DNA of 23,037 nt, taken from positions 64,146-87,182 of the forward strand of contig JAWBDT010000006.1 of NCBI GenBank assembly GCA_038821645.1, written 5' to 3'. The stretch comes from Ignisphaera sp. GTDB lineage: Archaea > Thermoproteota > Thermoprotei_A > Sulfolobales > Ignisphaeraceae. The position numbers were made by a program, and so were the translations under genes. Below, piece after piece: positions 7,629-16,978 of the stretch; within the stretch, counting starts at the first letter, position 1; the number at the start of each line of letters is the position of its first letter. The notes beneath the pieces were generated by a model. It had not been told where the DNA came from and searched no databases. It was given only the letters and a program-made list of their open reading frames with translations.

Positions 7629-9292
7629 TATACAAAGGCTTGGTTGATGTGGAAAAAGTACTTGTTATTGATGCAAATGCGCGTTGTAGTGGAAAGAGGT
7701 TTGCTACACTTGATGTTATAGGTGTGGGTCCAAGACTTATTACCGCCTTACTCAAGAGCTACGGATTTGAGGCTGTTCTTCATCCCTATGAAAATATTAT
7801 AAATAACCCGAGACTAGTTAAAAATTATGATGTTGTTGCTGTATCTTTTATGGTCAGCGATATTGTTGCTGTACAAAAACTTTTAAAATCATTGAAAAGA
7901 TTTCGAGAAAACAGAGGTCTTGTTGTTTTAGGTGGTCCAGGAACTCTAGATGAAGATGTTCTTAAAATTCTAGATTTTGATGTAGCATTTATTGGTGAAG
8001 CTGAATACACTTTTCACTATCTATTCCATAGATGTGGTTATCGCTCATTTCGCGAACTAGTTCACGAAATAGGTAACAGTAGAGAAGTTCCAAAAGGTTT
8101 AGCTATAAAACGTGGAAATAACGTTGTAAGTGGTGGTCTAGGTTATTGGGTACCTAAGGATCTGCTTTTCAAAGTTATACCCGAAATTAATGATGTAAAG
8201 AATTATCCATATTATTGGGCATGTAGAATCTATGTAGAAGTTGTTAGAGGATGTAGTAATTTCTGTAGACCATCTATTACTAGTTTATGTAGTGAATGTG
8301 GAATATGTAATTCTAAAGATTTAAGTAAAAGAGTTGTATGTCCAGCAGGTATACCACCTGGCTGTGGCTACTGTAATGTTCCATTAGTACATGGGTATGC
8401 AAGATCGAGAGACATATACTCTATAGTTGAAGAAGTACACAAACTAATTGATCTTGGAGCTACACGAATTGTTCTAAGTGCTCCAGATTTCCTAGATTTT
8501 GGTAGAGATGCTAAAGTTCAAGACATTCTCACAGATCCCTGCAACCCTTCACCAAATATAGATATGATAGAGAAACTCCTTGAAGAGCTTACAAACGTTG
8601 AACAAGTAAGTGAAGGCAAAGCATCTATATCTATTGAAAACATTAAGGCTTGTCTAGTAAATAGAGAGGTTGCTGAGGTATTAGGCAAATATCTCAAGAA
8701 TACAGCAATATACATAGGGCTTGAGAGCTGTAGCAATAAACTTCTGAATATTGTTGGTAGACCTTCGAAATGTGAAGATGTTTTAAACGCTATAAAACTC
8801 CTAGTCAATAAAGGGTTAAGACCCTACGTTTATTTGATTCACGGACTTCCTCACGAAGATGTAGAAGATATAAAGAAAACTATAGGAGTGATACCTCTTC
8901 TGAAGGATCTAGGCGTAGAAAGAATTGTACTCTACAGATTTAGATCTCTACCTAGAACAGCTTTCGAAAAAATAGATAAAGTTGTTGAAGCTATTGATCC
9001 AGAGATAGTAAAATATCGAGAAATATTGAAAGAAGAGGTTAGAAAGTTTAATAGCTATCGTAAAATGGAGCTCATTGGTAGACATATTGATGTGGTTATT
9101 GCTTCAAAACATCATAAACATCAACACTATCTAGTTGGATATCCATTAACTCACGGTCCTGTAACTCTAATAAAGACTTCCAAGAGATACATAGGCTATT
9201 TAGCTAGAGTTAAGATAGTTAAAGCTTTAAGTGATAGAATTGTGTTGGGAGAAATAATACATATAAAGCAGAAGATAGTTAAGAATTTGTAG
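7622..9292 (+). CDS. Radical SAM protein with B12-binding-like N-domain and C-terminal TRAM-like domain
   Basis: N-domain LDVIGVGPR...LGGP...FIGEAE; EVVRGC...GCGYC; SR....IVEEV; IGLES; YLIHGLP; beta-rich C-terminus (IGYLARVKIVKALSDRIVLGEI). The start may be GTG 7649. Confidence 0.88.
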   Translation: MLIYKGLVDVEKVLVIDANARCSGKRFATLDVIGVGPRLITALLKSYGFEAVLHPYENIINNPRLVKNYDVVAVSFMVSDIVAVQKLLKSLKRFRENRGLVVLGGPGTLDEDVLKILDFDVAFIGEAEYTFHYLFHRCGYRSFRELVHEIGNSREVPKGLAIKRGNNVVSGGLGYWVPKDLLFKVIPEINDVKNYPYYWACRIYVEVVRGCSNFCRPSITSLCSECGICNSKDLSKRVVCPAGIPPGCGYCNVPLVHGYARSRDIYSIVEEVHKLIDLGATRIVLSAPDFLDFGRDAKVQDILTDPCNPSPNIDMIEKLLEELTNVEQVSEGKASISIENIKACLVNREVAEVLGKYLKNTAIYIGLESCSNKLLNIVGRPSKCEDVLNAIKLLVNKGLRPYVYLIHGLPHEDVEDIKKTIGVIPLLKDLGVERIVLYRFRSLPRTAFEKIDKVVEAIDPEIVKYREILKEEVRKFNSYRKMELIGRHIDVVIASKHHKHQHYLVGYPLTHGPVTLIKTSKRYIGYLARVKIVKALSDRIVLGEIIHIKQKIVKNL

Positions 9293-9395
9293 TCGTATCC
9301 ACATGACGAGGATCCAACTATACATATAGATCAAAAGGTATTTGCTTGAAATCTAGACTGTACCTCTCATTAAGATATATAGGTTGGAAAGATAA

Positions 9396-9749
9396 GTGAG
9401 TCAAATAAAGGTGAACCGCAAGGTGAAGGTATCGGTTATAGAGCTTACATCATTTGAAGACATGGTACTGTTTCTGTACTCAAGACTCACAACCATGAAC
9501 ATAAACTCGGCACTACTATGTAACACCAGAAATTGCTTCACGATAATAACAGCTAGCGATCAACAGATATTCGTAATATCATCTCCTCCACCACAAGAAC
9601 AAAGATGCAGATATTCATATCTCGACGACTATGGAAAAGTTAAATGTAGCGATACACCTCTACCAGGCAGACCTACGATATTCATACTGCAAGTCAAGGA
9701 AATTAAAGAGAAAGAAAGCCTTGTAGAGGCTTTAACTAGCTCAAGATAA
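9396..9749 (+). CDS. Hypothetical protein (possibly a small crenarchaeal conserved family)
   Basis: Fills the gap between the radical SAM gene and the tRNA, with a purine-rich leader and plausible composition. No motif securely recognised. Confidence 0.65.
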   Translation: MSQIKVNRKVKVSVIELTSFEDMVLFLYSRLTTMNINSALLCNTRNCFTIITASDQQIFVISSPPPQEQRCRYSYLDDYGKVKCSDTPLPGRPTIFILQVKEIKEKESLVEALTSSR

Positions 9750-9846
9750 TTTACCTCTATCATCAGAACACCAAAGCGAGAACCAGAATAAATATTTTTA
9801 GGTTTCTGCAGAAAATCACAAAATATGTGTAAGTCTATAGAGTAGT

Positions 9847-9931
9847 GCGGGGGTGCCCGAGCCAGGTCAAAGGGGTCGGGCTGAGGACCCGATGGCGTAG
9901 GCCTGCGTGGGTTCAAATCCCACCCCCCGCA
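9847..9931 (+). tRNA. tRNA-Leu (anticodon GAG), no intron, CCA not encoded
   Basis: Acceptor GCGGGGG/CCCCCGC-A, anticodon arm TCGGG-CTGAGGA-CCCGA, long variable arm, T arm GTGGG-TTCAAAT-CCCAC. Confidence 0.97.
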
Positions 9932-10217
9932 TCAACATTTCACAACCTATCTATCGACATTCATTAGGATACATCTATAGGTAATAGTATTTGATATAAG
10001 TATGTAATAAATTGTTTTGTAAAAATTTTGGAGACTCTATTCTCTAAGTCGATACAATGATTTACGATCTATATGTATAGAATTCATACACCTTGAACTT
10101 AATTGAGAAATCTATCTGAAAGAGTATCATCAACTTTACAGCCTTAATGATTTTGATTAATAAACTTTAGTTGTACAGTATGTGTAACGGTTAGATGTTA
10201 AGATAAAGTGATGTTTT

Positions 10218-10553
10218 ATGATATATGGATGGGAGGCTAAATGGATTCGCAGAAAATACAAAATGGGTGAAGGATTAGAAATCGAGACTTGTCAGGATTT
10301 GTCTACAGGTCTTATAGTATGTCCTCTTTGTGTAGATATATCGTATTTATGTCCCAGTTTCACAGAACCTTCAACAGCTTCTATATCTACAGATGCTGTA
10401 TTTTTCTTTTCTTCTGAAGATCTATTCCATCATATGAAGGCTCATGCAAAAGCCGGAGAATGGAGTAAACACATACCTAGTGAAGTGGAAGAAGAAGGAG
10501 AAGAGTATTTTGAAGAGGAAGGAGAAGAAGATTCAGCTACAGATGATGTTTAA
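10218..10553 (+). CDS. Small C2H2-type zinc-finger-like protein with acidic tail
   Basis: TGLIVCPLC...FFFSSEDLFHHMKAH followed by an E/D-rich tail. Overlaps the aglB 3' end convergently by 21 nt. Confidence 0.75.
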   Translation: MIYGWEAKWIRRKYKMGEGLEIETCQDLSTGLIVCPLCVDISYLCPSFTEPSTASISTDAVFFFSSEDLFHHMKAHAKAGEWSKHIPSEVEEEGEEYFEEEGEEDSATDDV

Positions 10554-12965
10554 AAACTCGTCTTTAAGTTTCAGTATAGACACAAACACATATCTATACA
10601 TGTTGTTGCTTAATTCTACTGGTTGTGAGATAGATATGTAAGCTATATCATAAATATCTTGGTTAAGCTTCGCTGGATCTAGAGAGTATCCAAAGATTAG
10701 TGGATCAGGGAATATAGCTAAACTTCCTTCATGACTTACAGCAAGTAGTGTGGATACAATAGTTTGTTCAAATGATGGATATAGATCTTCTAAAGCCTTT
10801 GATACCGACCACATAAACAGCCTTGGAAGAGTTGCATTTAAGACTCTTTCTGAATCTATATTTAGAGATACAAATGATGTGATTCTCTGTCCTAGTGAAC
10901 CTGAGATTAACACATGATTAATCCATTCATTGTTATATATATCAAACTGATAGAGTGAAGTACTGTAAGTAAGATTCTCTTGAGCCCATCTACCTGTCGC
11001 TAAATAAACTATTGCGCTTATGAACTTAGGTATATCGCCAAAGCCTTGGGGATATACAGGAAAAGCAATGAATAGTTTCTTGGCTTCTGGAACTATATAG
11101 ACATCGACTGGACTAAATATAACTATATACACCTCCTTCTTACTGCACACACCAAAATCTTTCAGCTGTCTATAGGTTTCATTATAGCTATTGGTAAAGA
11201 ATTTCGCTAATTTTTGTATCTTCTCAGAATTTATTGTAGCTCCATCTGCTACAGTAGATCTGTTCCCTATTACCGAAAGCCAGTAGCCGTAATCCCACCA
11301 ACTTATGACTAGAGAATCTTGAGAAGTATTTCTCTGTAAGAACCTTAAGGCAGATATCCAAACATCTGTAGGTGTGTAAAAACCTTCAGCTATCGCTATC
11401 ATTGGATACTTGTTGTAAACTACTGAAGAAGCATAAGCTAAATATATAGATGGAATGGTGATAGATAGAGCTATAAGTAGTGTGATAAGTTTCGTAAAGT
11501 CCATCTTAACTTTAATTGCCTTACCTATGTATGTTATCTGTGGTTTGGCGAGAAACAGTAATCTACCTACACTATAGCCTAGTACAGAAGCAAAAACCAC
11601 TTTAGTGTAGTCGCTAAAGTATGCAGTATTGTAGGTTGCATACCATGATAAGAAAGCCCATATAGAGAATATTAATGATATATACGCTCTATTCTTAAAG
11701 GCATCGTACAGAGCTGTAGGAATCAATATAAATATCAGCAACAGTAAGTATACAACCATGTACCACTCAAGATATTCACCACCAGGTCTGTACTGAGCAA
11801 CAGTAGCTGCAACACCACCAGGGTTAATACCAAGGCCTAGTAAAATCTTACCAGCAATAGGTATAACTCTATTGAGTTGTTGCAGAAATCCGGGGACACT
11901 TGCCGCTAGACCTAATATCGTTACACTTGTGATTACTAGTACAAGTAATACAGCTATGTATATTTTCATTGGAGATACTGTAAATATTCTCTTAATACCC
12001 TTAGACTTCTTAGTAGACTTTTTAGCATATAACGACCTAGCTCTAGAGCCTAGAAACAGACTAAGTAAGGCTCCAAAAATATAGAAGGCGAAAGCTATAG
12101 GAAATGCTAGGCATATTATCGCTCTTCCACCATGATATGCCTTCATAGAGATCATCGCTATAATAGGTATCGCTATCTCTATCGCAAAAACTAGTGTATA
12201 TTTCTTAAAGTTATCTACTTGTGTTAAATCTATGAAAATTGGTGCAAGAACTAAAGTTACATAGATAGGTACTGCTGTAAGCCCTATACCTGTCCATACA
12301 CTTGCAGCATATCCTATAGCCATCCCCGCCAATACACTATTAAGTAGGTTTGGTTTTTTGAGTAGACGTATGTGGAGCCATAGAACTAGTGGAGCTGTAA
12401 ACAATCCGAAACTGTACTTAACTGTGAATCCAGCTACTTCTCTACTTAGAAAAACTAGTGCATAAGCAAATGCTGAAATAATTGATGCTATATCACTCCT
12501 AGTCAATTCTTTTACTGCTAATGCTGTAAAAATCACACCTAAAGCGCCAAGCATAGGCGGTATAAGTGCCATTAGATCTAGTAACTCTACACCAAATAAT
12601 TTAACAAATTGATACAGGAAATATATCGTGAGTAAGTGACCTGGTAACTCTGTTGCATAAAGATTCCGACACTCAGGATACCAGAATAAACATGTAGCTG
12701 GATTCTTTTCCGTTAGGTCAAGTAGAGATTCAAGACCGTGACGATCCATATAGCTTACTATCCAATAATTCACATATGGATCTAATTCATCTAGTTTAGC
12801 TTCAGGATACACAATCCCCATACCAATATTGATGACATTAAGATACTGTTGAACCCTTAACCAGAAACCAACAATAGATGCAACCAGAACTAATATTGCT
12901 GCGATAAGTCTAGAATGACTATCCCAGAAACTATATACCTTTCCATATATCTTCGATAGCACCAT
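10533..12965 (-). CDS. aglB: Oligosaccharyltransferase AglB (STT3 family)
   Basis: LRV..., ELDPY, many TM helices, TVAQY (TIXE-like), WWDYGYW...GNRSTVADG, DIPK. SD AGGTAGGT upstream of the ATG. Confidence 0.95.
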   Translation of the reverse strand: MVLSKIYGKVYSFWDSHSRLIAAILVLVASIVGFWLRVQQYLNVINIGMGIVYPEAKLDELDPYVNYWIVSYMDRHGLESLLDLTEKNPATCLFWYPECRNLYATELPGHLLTIYFLYQFVKLFGVELLDLMALIPPMLGALGVIFTALAVKELTRSDIASIISAFAYALVFLSREVAGFTVKYSFGLFTAPLVLWLHIRLLKKPNLLNSVLAGMAIGYAASVWTGIGLTAVPIYVTLVLAPIFIDLTQVDNFKKYTLVFAIEIAIPIIAMISMKAYHGGRAIICLAFPIAFAFYIFGALLSLFLGSRARSLYAKKSTKKSKGIKRIFTVSPMKIYIAVLLVLVITSVTILGLAASVPGFLQQLNRVIPIAGKILLGLGINPGGVAATVAQYRPGGEYLEWYMVVYLLLLIFILIPTALYDAFKNRAYISLIFSIWAFLSWYATYNTAYFSDYTKVVFASVLGYSVGRLLFLAKPQITYIGKAIKVKMDFTKLITLLIALSITIPSIYLAYASSVVYNKYPMIAIAEGFYTPTDVWISALRFLQRNTSQDSLVISWWDYGYWLSVIGNRSTVADGATINSEKIQKLAKFFTNSYNETYRQLKDFGVCSKKEVYIVIFSPVDVYIVPEAKKLFIAFPVYPQGFGDIPKFISAIVYLATGRWAQENLTYSTSLYQFDIYNNEWINHVLISGSLGQRITSFVSLNIDSERVLNATLPRLFMWSVSKALEDLYPSFEQTIVSTLLAVSHEGSLAIFPDPLIFGYSLDPAKLNQDIYDIAYISISQPVELSNNMYRYVFVSILKLKDEFLNIICS

Positions 12966-13112
12966 AAATGACCTACCTTCATATCTACCAAATTCATTGA
13001 AGAGCTTTTAAGTTTATGTTCTTCTCAAACTTATTGAATACTGTGTCTAGTAACATCTCTTCGTCTAGAGATGCCTCATCTATGTAATCAAGAGATAGAC
13101 TTAGGTGATGAT

Positions 13113-13646
13113 ATGAATCATCAATCTGTATCTCTACTGTCAAAACAGACGATATTGTGTCCCATATGCAGAAACGAAGCCGAGATAACGATATCTGAAT
13201 ATTCGACACAACATGAAGACATAGTGATCATCTCCTTAAAATGTAATTACTGTAGTTATAGAAGAAGCGATATAATACCGATAGCCAGCGAAAGCATAGA
13301 AAAATGTATAGAAATTGAGATCAAAGAGCCCAAAGACCTTAATACATTACTTTACATACCTCAAGATACAACCATAAGTATTCCTGAAATAGGTGTAGAA
13401 GTAGATGTCAAGGAGCTTACATTAGGTAGCTACATAACTGTTGATGGAATTTTATTTGAAGTAGCTGAAAAAATGAGGATTGTGTGCTTAGACCAGAAGC
13501 TAGCTGATAACTGCATAGATACTCTACAGATACTTAACGATATAATTAGTGGAAATGTAAAGCCACTAACTATTAGATTGATGAGTCTATATGGAGGTAT
13601 AAGGGTTGTGAAGACATATAGAGAAAATTATAAGAAAAAATGTTGA
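13113..13646 (+). CDS. ZPR1-type C4 zinc-finger protein
   Basis: CPIC...C..CSYRRSD, DLNTLL....TISIPEIGVEV, YITVDGIL. AGGTGA precedes ATG 13113; the ORF track starts at 13071. Confidence 0.85.
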   Translation: MNHQSVSLLSKQTILCPICRNEAEITISEYSTQHEDIVIISLKCNYCSYRRSDIIPIASESIEKCIEIEIKEPKDLNTLLYIPQDTTISIPEIGVEVDVKELTLGSYITVDGILFEVAEKMRIVCLDQKLADNCIDTLQILNDIISGNVKPLTIRLMSLYGGIRVVKTYRENYKKKC

Positions 13647-13662
13647 GGAAATGTGTATCTGG

Positions 13663-14208
13663 TTATGTTTTTTTGATTTGTATAGGTTTTCCTTTCTTTT
13701 CTTTCTGTTTCTTCTTTATCGTTATCTCTAGTACACCATTTCTATAGGTAGCTTCAGCTGTATCTATATCTACTTCAACTGGTAGATCTATCTCTTTTCT
13801 ATACTTTTTATCGTGATTTGATGCCTCAATAAGTATCTTGTTACTCTCTAGAGCCTCCACCTTTATCTTGTTCTCATCAACACCCGGTAATTCTGCTACG
13901 ATCCTTACCCTATCTTCTTCCTCGTAGATATCTACAAGAGGTTCACGTTCATCTGTAACAACTATACGTGCTCTACCACCTTTCTTAACATTACCGAATT
14001 CATATATCTTTGGAACACCATCTGGACCAATCTCAATCCTAAAGCCATAGACTATAGGTTTTCTATGGATACTCGAGAACTCATCAGGATTCATCAAATG
14101 TATTCTAGAGAGCTCTCTCTCGAAATCCTCTAGCTCTTCTTGTAGCTCTCTAAACAATTCATCAAAAATATCGAATATATCTCTTCTCTTTCTTCTATGC
14201 TCACTCAT
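13663..14208 (-). CDS. hsp20: Small heat-shock protein Hsp20 (alpha-crystallin domain)
   Basis: DIFDIFDE, PIVYGFRIEIGPDGVPKIYEFGNV, REPLVDI, AELPGV, ATYRNGVLEI and a C-terminal IxI. SD AGGTGT 6 nt upstream. Confidence 0.96.
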   Translation of the reverse strand: MSEHRRKRRDIFDIFDELFRELQEELEDFERELSRIHLMNPDEFSSIHRKPIVYGFRIEIGPDGVPKIYEFGNVKKGGRARIVVTDEREPLVDIYEEEDRVRIVAELPGVDENKIKVEALESNKILIEASNHDKKYRKEIDLPVEVDIDTAEATYRNGVLEITIKKKQKEKKGKPIQIKKT

Positions 14209-14371
14209 ATCGAGACACCTAGAGCATTAGAGTTAACACTCTCTCAGTTCTAAGCTATGCGGGTTTTAAAATTTATAGAACATCTTATAGATAATGTTCT
14301 AGAAAACTGTTGGCTAGAGTGCCATAACTATATAAATAGGCTAGATTAATTTCTGTATGCAGGTGATAGAT

Positions 14372-14791
14372 ATGGCTAAACGTAGAAGCAAGTGGCGAAG
14401 GACTTGGCAAGTAGTTAAAAAGATGATGCAGGAAGCTAGAAAGGTCAAGGCATATGAAAGCCTTAAGCAGTGTCCTGTTTGTGGTAATCCTCATAGTTTA
14501 TCCATATCGATAAAAACTGATAAGAGTAGTGAGAAAAGGAGTGCAGAAGTTGTATGTAGTGTTTGTGGCTTTGAACATAGATTCGATGAGATTCCATCTA
14601 TAGCTGATGAGTTTTGGGTATACTCAAAGGTACTCGATATAGTTCATAGCGAAACAGTAGAAAAAAAGAAAGAAGAAGTCGTTGAAACCGTAAGTAGTGA
14701 GGTAGCTGGTCAAGATGTTGAAGGTGCAAAGGCAACTTCATATGAGGAAGAACCAGAGATATCTATAGATATTGAAGATGAGCCCCAGTAA
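14372..14791 (+). CDS. Elf1-like transcription elongation factor (basic N-terminus, Zn ribbon, acidic tail)
   Basis: MAKRRSK..., CPVCG...AEVVCSVCG...VYSKVLD. CAGGTGA lies 5 nt before ATG 14372; TATATAAA at 14329-14336. Confidence 0.65.
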   Translation: MAKRRSKWRRTWQVVKKMMQEARKVKAYESLKQCPVCGNPHSLSISIKTDKSSEKRSAEVVCSVCGFEHRFDEIPSIADEFWVYSKVLDIVHSETVEKKKEEVVETVSSEVAGQDVEGAKATSYEEEPEISIDIEDEPQ

Positions 14792-14815
14792 CTCATGTAA
14801 ATAGCTGTTGATTGG

Positions 14816-15962
<1,147 letters not shown>

Positions 15963-16015
15963 AAAACCACTATACATATTTATTGAGTTAAAAACTGAAC
16001 TGAAGCTTATGCACA

Positions 16016-16855
16016 CTATCTAGCGTTCTCTTGTTCTCTACATAACGTGAATATAATGTTTAATGGTTTAAGCGGTGTATAGCCGGGCTCTCCTTCAACA
16101 TCCTTTAAAACCTTATGGATACACCAACCACTTCTTCTAGCTATATCTACAAGTTCACTTAAACTGTATATCCTCATTCTAAACATAGCTTCATCCAGAA
16201 ATATGTAGTTAAGTCCTTCTTTTCTGTAGAATCGCTGCTTTATTAGTATCTCGCTTACAACTGGATTAAATATTGTGTGCTCAAGCACTATAACATCATC
16301 GTAATCATATGCCACTAACCTAGGCCCTATAAGCCCTAACTCCATAACTAGATAATCTTTGTTCACGAAATCTACAAACATTAGCACTCCACTATCTTTA
16401 ACCATATTCCTAATGGTACTCAGTATACGTACATCTGTTTCCTCATCATAATACCCTATAACGGAAGACCATACAAATATCACCGCATCAAATCTCATGG
16501 AATCAAAGTTGCACTGATCTATGAATCTTGCATCACAGAGAATGAATGTAACTCTATTGTTTAAACCTCTGGATTTAGCTCTTTCAGAAGCAATATCTAT
16601 GTATATGGGAGAGATATCTATACCCACTACATTGTAACCTATCTCAGCAAGTTCTAGAGCTATCCGCCCAGTACCACATCCCACATCTAGTACATATCCT
16701 TTCTCTATGCCTAACATCATCAATTGCTTAGCTATACCTTTAGCTATCTTCTTAGCTCTCATAGTCATGATCCTAGAGTCCATAATCCTTCTGAAGAGCT
16801 CGCCCTTTTCTATAAAATAGTTTACCACAATATCGCTCATTTTGCTTTCCTTCAT
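16016..16855 (-). CDS. Class I SAM-dependent methyltransferase
   Basis: VLDVGCGTGR, VVGIDISP, CDAR, FDAVI..WSS.IGYY. Confidence 0.92.
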   Translation of the reverse strand: MKESKMSDIVVNYFIEKGELFRRIMDSRIMTMRAKKIAKGIAKQLMMLGIEKGYVLDVGCGTGRIALELAEIGYNVVGIDISPIYIDIASERAKSRGLNNRVTFILCDARFIDQCNFDSMRFDAVIFVWSSVIGYYDEETDVRILSTIRNMVKDSGVLMFVDFVNKDYLVMELGLIGPRLVAYDYDDVIVLEHTIFNPVVSEILIKQRFYRKEGLNYIFLDEAMFRMRIYSLSELVDIARRSGWCIHKVLKDVEGEPGYTPLKPLNIIFTLCREQENAR

Positions 16856-16978
16856 TAGATTACCCAGCCAATATCTTGTTTGCTAATGAAACACTTATTC
16901 TAGAACACTACGGTGGGTTTTTCAGCTATTTAAACGTAGATACAGGTTAGCTATAGTAGTTATGTGAGTGAAGTATTT

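Noticed and set aside
9293-9360. ATGACGA C-box-like word after the radical SAM gene
   Set aside because: No convincing D', C' or CTGA D box at proper spacing, and the would-be guides are AT-rich.
9629-9916. 95 aa minus-strand ORF
   Set aside because: Starts inside the antisense of tRNA-Leu and overlaps the upstream gene.
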